Below are positions 1-10,300 of a stretch of DNA of 64,000 nucleotides, one piece after another. The position numbers were made by a program, and so were the translations under genes. Within the stretch, counting starts at the first letter, position 1. The number at the start of each line of letters is the position of its first letter. The notes under the pieces were generated by a model. That model was not told the origin of the DNA. It made no database searches and saw nothing but the letters and a program-made list of their open reading frames with translations. This DNA is from Phaeosaccion multiseriatum (lineage: Eukaryota > Protista > Ochrophyta, other classes): the NCBI GenBank assembly GCA_965112735.1, contig OZ218961.1, positions 682,001 through 746,000 of the forward strand, read 5' to 3'.

Positions 1-13
1 CCTCCTCCCACAG

Positions 14-799
14 GTGGCACGTGTGCTCCGGTCTGGGGGAAAGTTCGTCTTTATGGAGCACATCGCTGCGGCGCCCCCGAGGGAGGAGGAACCCCGGGGG
101 GAGGGAAGTAGCAGTGACGCCCCGGGAGAGGGCAGGAGCACAAGTTGGTGGCAGCAGCGCTTCGGTCTGTACTCTCAGCAGCAGCTGCTTGAGCCTCTGC
201 AGGAGACACTGGCAGGGGGGTGCCATCTTACGCGGCGCACGGATAAGGTAATGGGGTTTCGGGGGGAGGGAGGGAGGGGGGGATGGGGGGAGGGAGGGAG
301 GGGGGGAGGGAGGGAGGGAGGGAGGCAGGGAGGGATGGAGGAAGGAAGGGAGGGAGGAAGGAAGGGAGGGAGGGAGGAAGGAAGGGAGGGAGGGAGGGAA
401 GGAGGGAGGGACGGAGGTAGGGAGGAAGGGAGGGAGGGAGGGAGGGAGGGAGGAATGTAGGGATGGGAGGAGAGGGGTGGGGAGACCAGGGAGGGAGAGA
501 CCATGAGGGTGTGCATGTGTGTCATTTGAGTGTGTGTGTTTCCCACGACACCTCTTGGCAGAACATCTTGACATGAGTGAAATGGTCTCAACCCCCACCC
601 CGGCTACCTACCTCCCTCCCTTCCCCCCCTGCCCCCCCCCCCCTCCTACCCCACCCCTTCTCCCCAGGCCATCATAGACCGCTGTAAGGAGGAGGGGCCT
701 TCTCCTCGCCTGTTCTCAAGGTTGCAGACACTCGAGTACTTCTCCGTTGGGTCGCGCTGGCCGGCTTCCCGCCAAATCTCCGGAGTGGCCATCAAATGA
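14..799 (+). CDS. Class I SAM-dependent methyltransferase, METTL7/TMT1-like (last two exons; 5' part outside window)
   Basis: Exon 14-247 (cag|GTG ... AAG|gt) encodes VARVLRSGGKFVFMEHI...LEPLQETLAGGCHLTRRTDK, which matches the RVLRPGG.F.F.EH...GC.LTR pattern of METTL7-type enzymes. Exon 668-799 (cag|GCC ... TGA) continues in frame: AIIDRC...RQISGVAIK*. Confidence 0.75.
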
Positions 800-1235
800 G
801 GCGGATCTTTCCATCCACGACCTTTCCACGAACGTTCCACCACCGTTGTTGTACGACCGTTCTTCCCGCCAAAGAATCTTCTCGGATGTGGAACAAGAAG
901 GTGCAAATGTTCCATCTCTGCTCTTCTCCCCTTTGACCCTCGGTGGATGGATGGTGGGGGGTGGATGGTAGTGGATGGATGGGAGGGAGCGTATCGGTAT
1001 CGATGCATCATCGACTCTGTTGTGTGTTGTTCTCTCCTCTGGTTGGGCTCTCTCTCTCTCTCTCTCACCATGCTGTGGCAGGAAAGAGAGGAAGCCTGAA
1101 GCCTTGAGACGGGGAAAGGAAAGGGAAGGAAGTACACTACTCTCCTCTGGCCTCTTGTTCCCCCCGAGTTGTTTCAAAGAGAGTTTTCTCTCCCTTCTCT
1201 CTCTGAAAGAGGAGGAGAGAGTTGAAAGGAATCTC

Positions 1236-1356
1236 GAACCGAAACGTCCAATGTCGAGGAGCACCGAACCGAAACGTCCAATGTCGAGGAGCACCGAACC
1301 GAAACGTCCAATGTCGAGGAGCACCGAACCGAAACGTCCAATATCGAGGGGCACCC
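1236..1356. repeat. 30-bp tandem repeat, ~4 copies (GAACCGAAACGTCCAATGTCGAGGAGCACC)
   Basis: Directly visible, head-to-tail copies with no spacers. Confidence 0.9.
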
Positions 1357-2217
1357 AACGGCAGCATTTGCCTGCTTGCTGGCGATGTGCTGGCGACTGT
1401 TTTTGCGACTTGTTGGAGCAGGCCGTCGGAAATGAATCACCAACCTTCAGATGGTCGAGCAGGGATGGGGGGAGGGAAGGGAGCCGGCCTGCACAGCAGC
1501 GCTGGTCTATCTCGAGCATTCACGTCCAGCGTTGCCAGCCGTCCAGTCAGTCGGTGAGTCTGTCAGGCAGGCACGTGGTCAGTCAGTCTGTCAGGCAGGT
1601 AGGCAGTCAGTCAGTCAGTCAGGCAGGCAGGCAGTAAGTCAGTCAGTCAGTCAGTCAGGCAGTCAGGCAGTCAGCCAGGCAGTCAGCCAGGCAGTCAGTC
1701 AGTCAGTTCGAGAACCAGTGGTCCGGGCACAAAACTGAAACTGAACCTGGAGCTGCAGAGAGGAGGATAATAGGCAAAGAGCGATTTCGCCCCAGGGGGG
1801 GGGAGGGCTGTGCTGCTGCTGTGGTGGTGCTGCGCTGCTGCTGCTGCCGCCGACGACACTTGCGGCACACTTGTGGCTGGCCCCATTGCAGGACGGCTCA
1901 ATAGATGGGAGTGAGTGAGGAGCCCCCTTGTTCTCAATGGGAAAGACGAGAGAGGGAAGCTCACTGTGTACAATTTAGTACTTTTGTTATACAGAGAAGC
2001 GCTATTCTCTTAGACCAGAGAGGTGGAGCTTTTTCTTAGACGAGCTCAAGCTTTCTTCGAGAGGAGAAGCTCTTTTCTGGAGAGACCATGTCGATGCGTG
2101 GGAGGCACAGCATGTGGGCGGGTGTTGGCTTGGCAGGAAGGGGCACATTGCTGAGGGCGAGCCAAGCGGGTGCGGTCGACTTGTGGAGTCAAGCAAAGGA
2201 GCAAGAGGATAGTAGAC

Positions 2218-2446
2218 TCAGGGCCAGGGCCAGGGCCAGGGTCAGGGTCAGGGTCAGGGTCAGGGTCAGGGTCAGGGTCAGGGTCAGGGTCAGGGTCAGG
2301 GTCAGGGTCAGGGTCAGGGTCAGGATCAGGGTCAGGGTCAGGGTCAGGGTCAGGGTCAGGATCAGGGTCAGGGTCAGGGTCAGGGTCAGGGTCAGGATCA
2401 GGATCAGGATCAGGGCCAGGGTCGGAGGCAGGGTCAGGGTCAGGGC
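2218..2446. repeat. (TCAGGG)n telomere-variant-like hexamer array
   Basis: More than 30 copies of GGGTCA, with GGATCA and GGGCCA variants. Confidence 0.9.
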
Positions 2447-2976
2447 CGGGATCTGCTCGTCTTCGACCGAGGGCTACTCATGGGGGAGCCAACGTCGATG
2501 AAGCAGCAGGAGGAACAGCAGGAGGAGCAGCAGGGGCAGCAGCATGGCGAGAGCTTCCGAGTCGATGGATGCGGTGGGCAGGCGGTGAGAGAAGGACCCG
2601 TGGTGCTCCGCTGAGTGAGGGGCATGCCCTCTGTCATGCCGGGTCGGCTCACTGTGGGGCGGTGACGGGAGAAGGGGGGGATGGCAGTGGAGGGGAAGTG
2701 GCAGGAACCGGGCACATTCTGGGAGAAGGAGAGCTGCGGTTGCCAGGGGGGGTTGGAGGGGGGGGGCAGCCGCAGCCACAGCAATAGCAGTTGGTGATAC
2801 AGCAGCAGCTCTTGGCGTGTGTGTGTAAGCAACCTTACGCAATCTTACGAGCTGTTTCGTGATGTTGGATACATATTGTATTAAAGGCCTCACGATCAAG
2901 TTTGCCTGGTGCACTTGAACAATCGCTTTCCGTCCGTCCGTCGGACCTCCCCTGCTATCGCTCGTTCGCTGTGTTC

Positions 2977-3016
<40 letters not shown>

Positions 3017-3018
3017 GA

Positions 3019-3052
<34 letters not shown>

Positions 3053-3053
3053 T

Positions 3054-3094
<41 letters not shown>

Positions 3095-3105
3095 ATATCT
3101 ATCTA

Positions 3106-3139
<34 letters not shown>

Positions 3140-3215
3140 CCTCTGAGTCTATCTTCTCTCTCTCTCCTCCATTTCTTACACTCCGTCTTGGCTTTGGTTG
3201 GCCGTTCATTATCAC

Positions 3216-3275
<60 letters not shown>

Positions 3276-3370
3276 CCTCCTCTTCCTCCTCTCATATGAC
3301 TGGCTGGCTGGCTTGCCTTCCCTCCTCCTTCTCGACTCGCTCCCTCTATATATGCTGTGCGCCTCTCTCT

Positions 3371-3401
<31 letters not shown>

Positions 3402-3863
3402 CCTCGGCAGTTACCTATCATCCTCACGTATTGTATCGGTGCTCAAAAATCGTACATTGGACCGAGATAAGTCACTAGCCTCACTCGTCTGATGCTCTCC
3501 TCTCGTTGTGTAACAACGCTCTCTCGACTCTCTCGTCTCTCTCTCTCTCTCGATCTCCGAACCTTCTCCGACCTTTCTAAACTATCTTTCCCTTCCTATC
3601 CACCGGCTGACCTATTTCGCGCCCTCAATGCCGTCGCTCGCTCATGCGCCCTTTCGTTCTCATCTCCCTCTGTGACTAACTGCTTAACCCTAACCATCTA
3701 ACCAAGGCCTCTCCCTCCCTCCGTCCCTCTCCTTCACTCTTCCCGGCGCCTCTGACCCCCCCCCCCCCCCCAACTCACGCACTCCCACTCAGTTGGGCGG
3801 GTCCCGCCTTACTAACTAACACACTCCCTCTCCTTCTCCCTCTCTTCTCCCTCAGCCCCTCAC

Positions 3864-5204
3864 TTACTCCCTCTCCTTCTCAAAGTGAATGTAGGCATGC
3901 ACGTAATCCATCGCATGGTGCATCGGATCCGCCGCAATCCTCCCCTCATACCTCCCATAGAGCTCATCCACCAACGCGGCCCTCTCCTCCGGCGACCTCT
4001 TGTTCGCATCCAGCGCCGACAAGAAGGTGCTGTTAGACCACGATCGCACCGTCAGAACCACCGACAAGGGGGTTCCCTTGCCTCGACCAAAGGGGCATAT
4101 CTGCTTCCTCCACTCGAGCTTCTTTACACGAAGCCCGGGCACGGTCGAGCCCGGCGTGGCAGCACTGCCGCTGCTTCCCTCAAAGGGTGCAAGCAGCTCC
4201 GCCTCGTCCCTGTAGTAATTGACGAAGGAAGCCTCCTCGTACTCCTTCTGTGTGATGCGTCCCTCCTTCTTCATCTCCATCCAACACGAGTTGAGTTCCC
4301 CAAACATGTTGGCGAAACCCTCTTCCCCATTCCAGCCCAGGTAGTGCCCCTCCGGATCCTTGGCCAGTGTCGAAATCACCATCTGACCCCCCGGTTTCAG
4401 CTCGGCCGCCCGATGGGTCAAAATCTCCTTCCAATCCTTCGCCGCCTGCGCCGCGTACTGCTCCTGCGCGGCCAAGTTTCCAGTGCCAGTGTGGTGGACG
4501 TGGTCGAGGATAGTGCAAGGGAGCTCACTCATCCAGTGCAAGGCAGTGTAGGACATGGCCAAGTCCACGGATCCGCGAGGGAAGCACTGCTCAAAGAAGC
4601 TGCGTCCGACGGCGTGGTAGTAGATCCCAGGGGTGGAGGTCAGAGGAGGGCACTCTACGGGAACTTGTTCAGTGCCGTTGGCGAGGTAGAAGAGGGATTT
4701 GAAGTCGTTGTTCGGCTGGTCTTCGAACCCAACCTTTTGTCGGGCGTGCGTAGAGGAGAGGGGAGTGAGTGACAGGAGAGGGAAGGAGGGGAGGAGGGGA
4801 AGGGGAAGGGGAGAGGAGAGAGAGGGGGAGGGGGAGAGGGTCGATAGGAGAGGAAGGAGGGAGGGAAGGGGGAGAGGGGAGGGAGGGCGGTCAGTCGGGT
4901 TGTTGTGGAGAAGGGCGAAAGATGAGGGTGGAGCGAGGGGGTGTCTCTCTTTGTTCCTCTCCCTCCCTCTCCCGTATCCCCACCCACTCTCTAGCCCCCC
5001 CCCCCCCCTCCCTCTCTCTCCCTCCCTCCTCCCTCCTCTCCCCTTCGCTCTCTCTCACCTCAAGGTCGCACCCCTCGGGGATGATGCCCCTGACGTGATT
5101 GACCATGGGCATGAGTGGGCCTCCGTCAGCGCTACCGAAGTCGGCAATGCGTACCGTGTTGGTCGAGTCCTGTGGGTGGGAGAGACCAAGAGAGACAGAG
5201 AGAG

Positions 5205-5242
<38 letters not shown>

Positions 5243-5680
5243 AGTGAGAGAGAGGGAGAGTGTGAGGGATAGGGAGGAGAGAGGCATATACAGATACGCT
5301 TGAGCAACACAACATCAGGGGAACAGCCGATATGCTTCCCGGGAACACACTCCTCACCCTCGTCTTGGGGAGGCCGATGGAGAGAGAGGCAGACACACGC
5401 ACACGCACACGCACGCACACATACATAGACGAGATATAAGAGCTGGGAAAGAAAGAGAGAGAGAGACACACACGCACGCACACTTCACCAACACCACACA
5501 ACCCTCCCCTCCCCTCCCCTCCCACACTGCTCACCTTGGGAAGGCGAAGCGCGCGAATGGAATCTTCAATCATATCCTTCGCCTTCATCACCACATCAAA
5601 GCAACCCAGCGTGATCTTGCTGTACGTGGCGGCTCCTTCGTCTCCATAGGGGACGTGGGCCCTGCCGTAGGCAACGTCGT
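3864..5680 (-). other. Domain 3: SABATH / SAM-dependent carboxyl- or N-methyltransferase (Methyltransf_7)
   Basis: Motifs RIADFGSADG, FEDQPNNDFKSLF, GRSFFEQCFPRGSVDLAMSYTALHWMS, DW..IL..RAAELKPGGQMV and C-terminal MDYVHAY. Confidence 0.88.
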
Positions 5681-7350
5681 GGCTGCCGCTGCTGTTGAGG
5701 AGGAGGCCTGGTCGGGTGATGGCCATACGGGAAACGTCGAAGGAAGGCTCCTGCCCGAGGGTCTGGTGTGGGGGGAGGAGGGGGAGGAGGGGGAGGAGGA
5801 GGGGGGGCGGATAGGAGGAGGAGGAGGAGGAGGAGGAGGAGGAGGAGGGTCAATAGTCGTGGAAATGAAGTAGCTCACTCACCCACCCACCCACCCACCC
5901 ACTCGCGTGCTCGCGCACTCCCTCACCCCCCCCCCCCCCCCGTCAGCTTCCTTCCAAATCCACAGCCATCTCTCTCCATCCACTGCCATCCTTCCCTCTG
6001 TGTATCACCAACTCACTCACCAGATCGGCCAAGGCCTTGCCCAGCATGGGGGCAAACTTGAATGCACGTCCGTTGCCAGCTGTGAAGATGGATACATTGG
6101 GGTGGTCCGGCAGAGTGTCCAGCACAAACATGGCGTCCTTCGTCATGGCGTAGGGGGAGGACATCATGTCCACCTGGGGATATAAAGCGTTACGTAAGCG
6201 TGACGTAACGGTAAAATAAGGGTTGGGTTTGGTACGGGTGACGTAGTGGTTAGATAAGGGCTGGTTTGCAGGCGTCCCCTTCGTCATTGCGGGAGAGGAC
6301 ACCTATGTCCACCGGGGGACACCTATGTCCACCGCGGGACACCCATGTCCACCGGGAAGGGGGCTAGGTACGTAAGGTAATTACGTAAGGGGAGGGTAGG
6401 AGGAGGAGGACTTGGGCTTACGTAAGGGATAGATAAGGGTCACGTAAAGGTTTTAGCCCGGAGGGTTCGACTTGCTTACCTCCTCGGTGTAGAGGTCGCC
6501 CCACTGCTTGGCCAAGAAATCCGACATTTGCTTCTGCACGCCCGAGTCCGCTTCGTACTCAAAGCTGTCCATCGTCTCATAGTGGTTCCTCTCCGGCGAG
6601 AAGTCGGCGCCAACCTTGCCGACGACTGTTGTATCACCAACGTCTGCACTCCGCCCCAGCGCGGCACTACTCGGGCTGCTCTTCTTGTCAACAGGGAAGC
6701 CGTAGAAGAGGGCGTCATCTTTGCCGAAGTGGAACCATTGGGAGGGTTTGGCGCCATCTTTGAGTCCGTAGTGTCCCCAGTGCACACCCCAGACCTGTAG
6801 CAGTTGGAGGGCACAGCATAGCAGATGTTGGGTACAGCAGTTGGTGATACGGACACAGCAGTTGGCGGTGCAGCGCAGCACGTTCCATTTTTGAGGAAGT
6901 TGAGAGATGAGGGGGCGAGAGTAGAGGAGCCGTGACGACCGAGAAGAGCACGCACACACACACGCACACACACACACACACACACACCTCCACCTCCACC
7001 CACCAAGCCACCCTCACCCACTCTCCATCCACCAATTGACATGCTACACCCACCCATGGACTCACTACATCCACCCACTGACTTACTGCCTACCCACTGA
7101 CTTACTCCCCACGCACCTGCATGTCCAATTTGAGGTCGAAGTGTGCAAGGAGGTCGTTGCCCCATGCCCCGGGGCAGAGCACGAGCTTCTCTGCTGTGAA
7201 GTTCTGCCCATCCGACGTCGTCACGTGGTATCTGTGAGTCAGTCAGCGGGTGAGTGAGGGAGTGAGTGAGTGAGTGAGTGGGTGAGTGAGTGGGTGAGTG
7301 AGTGGTGAGTGGGTGAGTGAGTGAGTGAATGAGTGAATGAGTGAGTGAGT

Positions 7351-7384
<34 letters not shown>

Positions 7385-10300
7385 CAGCGAGTCAGACAAG
7401 TACAATGAGAAAGAAGAGAAGTGGGAGGGGAGTGGGTTGGGTGGCCTCTGCATCCCCTCCCACTGCACTGACACAAAACTCTTGCCTAACTCAGCCCGAT
7501 ATCGACACCCATTTTAATTTAATGTGTTCGATATTGTTTTGATGACGAGACTCTTTCACTGACTTACCCTGTGTCACCATCCCCCTGCCAGATGTCCACC
7601 ACCTTTGTGCTGACCTCCAAGTCCCAATTGCCGCCCTTCTGCGCCTCTGACATCATCGACTCGCATGCAAGGGACGAGTTCACAGACCCTGGGAGGGAGG
7701 GGAGGGATGGCAGTCCATGGGGACGGACGGCAGCGGACCGGACGGGTGGACGGCGCCGGACAGGAAGAGGGAGGGAAGGAGGAGGATTGGTTGGATGGTT
7801 AGTGCAAACGTTTCAACTACTTCACATAAATCACGCATCCGCAAAGCACAAACGCATTCACTACATTCAATCGCTCCCACCCCCCACCCCCCATTGACTA
7901 ACTACGCCCACCCACCCACCCATTCCCCATTGACTTAGGTACATCCACACACCTGCCGTCTCTTCGTAGAGTCCAATGTGCTTGGGCTCGGGCTTCATGG
8001 GCGGGAAACGCTCCGCCATCTGTGACGGGTTGTCGAAGAACTGATGCGGTATCTTGCGCTTTTGCATCACATCCAGGGCCCCCGGGATGCTTCCCTCTAC
8101 CGTCTCGCCCGTGTCTGCCTCTCCGTAAAAGAGGAGACCATTCACGTCGAGCAGCGTGGTAGCAGACTCCTCCTCCAGCTCCTTCCACAGACTCAGCGAC
8201 TTGGTCTGAAGGTCGCTAAAGTAAGGATCCGAGTACATTTGCCGAAACATTCGGCTTGTCCCGTACGAACTGCCCCCCTTGTGTGCCACCTCCTCCCCAG
8301 CCTCTAGCACCACCCCGGCTACTTGAGGGGCGAGCTTGGACAGTTGGTACGCCGCAGCCGTTCCCGCCATGCCTGCACCGATCACCACCACATCCTTCCT
8401 CACCGCGCTCTCCTCGGCCCATCGCTCCATCCTGGATCCAATCACCCCCTTATTGACGGGTTCACTGCCCCTGCTGCTGCTCTTGTTTCGCATGGTAATG
8501 GTGCCTCCGCTGCTCTTGCTCCCACTCCCCGAGGCGGAGGTGCTTCCCACTCGACTCGCTCCTGCACTGCGAAAGTTTGCGCTGGCGGGACTGACGATGC
8601 TCTTTTTGGTTGCCTGACAGGCCTTACTCGGCCTACTTGCCCTACTACTACTACTGCTGCTGCTGCTCATCGCGCCGCTGCTGCTATTGTTAGCCCTGAC
8701 TGTGTGGTTCTCATTGCTGCTGTTGTTGCTGCTGTATCCTCCTCTGCCTGCAGTGCCCACCGAGGCGACGGAGTCGGCCATGTGGTCCACACATCTGTTC
8801 TTGACGGGGGTGTCGGCAACAAGGGCCAGATAGTCTCCCACCTGAGCAGCAGGAGGAGGAGGATGGTGATGAGGAGGAGGAGGAGGATGGTGATGAGGAG
8901 GAGGAGGAGGAGGAGGAGGAGGAGGAGGAGAACGAGGAGGAGGAGGAGGAGAACGAGGAGAACGAGGAGGAGGAGGAGGAGGAGGAGGAGGAGGAGGAGG
9001 AGGAGAACGAGGAGGAGGAAGAGGAGAAAGACATGAGGGAAGGAGTGTTCCTACAAGCACCAGTTTTGCATCCGTCCGACCCTCCTCCACTCATACACTG
9101 CCATCCAGTCCCATCCAACCTCCTTCCTTCTCCGGCCCTCCCTCCTCCTCCTCCTCCTCCTCCTCCTCCTTAGCCTCCTCCTCCTCCTCCTCCTCCTCCT
9201 CCCCCTCCTCCTCCTCCCCCTCCTCCTCCTCCTCATCCTCATCCTCCTCCCCCACCCCGCCCTTACTCTCTCTCCCCCTCCTCCCCACCTACCTTGGCGC
9301 TGATCTGATCGATGATGAAGGCGTATGCCCTCGAGGGCCTGAGTGATTGGTACTCGTCACTGTTCCACTCCAGAGAGTCGATGATGATGGCACCGGCACT
9401 CGCCACGTGGTCGGGCACAATGATGATGCCTGTTTCATTTGTTTGAGCAATTGTGTTTCATTTGTTTGAATAATTGTGTGTCATGTGTTTGAGCAATCGG
9501 TCGGTGTGTTTCATTTGTTTGAGCAATTGTGTTGTGATTTGTGTAGGATTGACCGGCGGATAGATTGGTGTAATATGGAGGAGGAGGAGGAGGAGGAGGA
9601 GGAGGAGGAGGAGGAGGAGGAGGAGGAGGAGGAGGAGGAGGAGGAGGAAAGGGGGGGGGGAGGCAGGGAGAGGTCCGGCAGTAGTTCGTCACAAACGCTG
9701 CAAGGTCAAACAGCCCAGTGTTGAAGTCAATTAGAGGAGGCATCACTCATACGGCAGCAACAGGACTCACTCAGTAAGTCAGGCAGAAGGAAGCCTTTGG
9801 TACGTAAGTCAGTAAAGTAAAATATTCCTTCCTCACCTTTGGCAGAGGCGGCCACTCTATCCGCATCAAACTGAAACGGCACATTGGCGGCCCCGGCAAT
9901 GGCCTTGCAGCGCATTTCTGTAACGACATCTTTGGTAATCACTCCGGCGGCACCGTTGGGAGAGAAGATATCAACGTCCAGACTCTCCCAATTGGTGCCA
10001 CTGACGTTTGTGCAGCCGGGTACGTCGGCTTTGCTTGGGATGATGTCACTAGTGTACACGGTGGCGCCGTAGTCGACAAGGCGGTTAGCGAGGTCGCTGC
10101 CGACGTTGCCGGTACCCTGGGGGGGGGAAGGAGGGAGGGAGGGAGGGAAAGAGGGGGAGAGAGCGACGGGGAGCGGAGGGAGCGAGGGAGGGAGCGAAGG
10201 GGCGGGGAGGGAGGAGAAGGGGATGATGAGAACGAAGTATAATGACAATTATGATTCTCTCCGCCTTGCCTCGTACTACAGTATCCACACGCAGCACACA

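Noticed and set aside
1236-1356. 30-bp repeats as a CRISPR array
   Set aside because: Copies are contiguous with no unique spacers, the context is eukaryotic, and there are no cas genes.
975-2914. ORFs 975-1637, 2088-2501 and 2170-2787 as a gene
   Set aside because: Dominated by repeat translations (GS/RV runs), with no recognisable domain or convincing exon chain.
3885-4772. 295-aa plus-strand ORF
   Set aside because: Antisense shadow of the GC-rich methyltransferase exon, with no motifs.
6626-6642. GTTGGTGATAC motif inside oxidase exon 8 suggesting a hidden mini-intron
   Set aside because: The reading frame is open (DVGDTTV) and no convincing donor/acceptor pair was found; likely coincidence.
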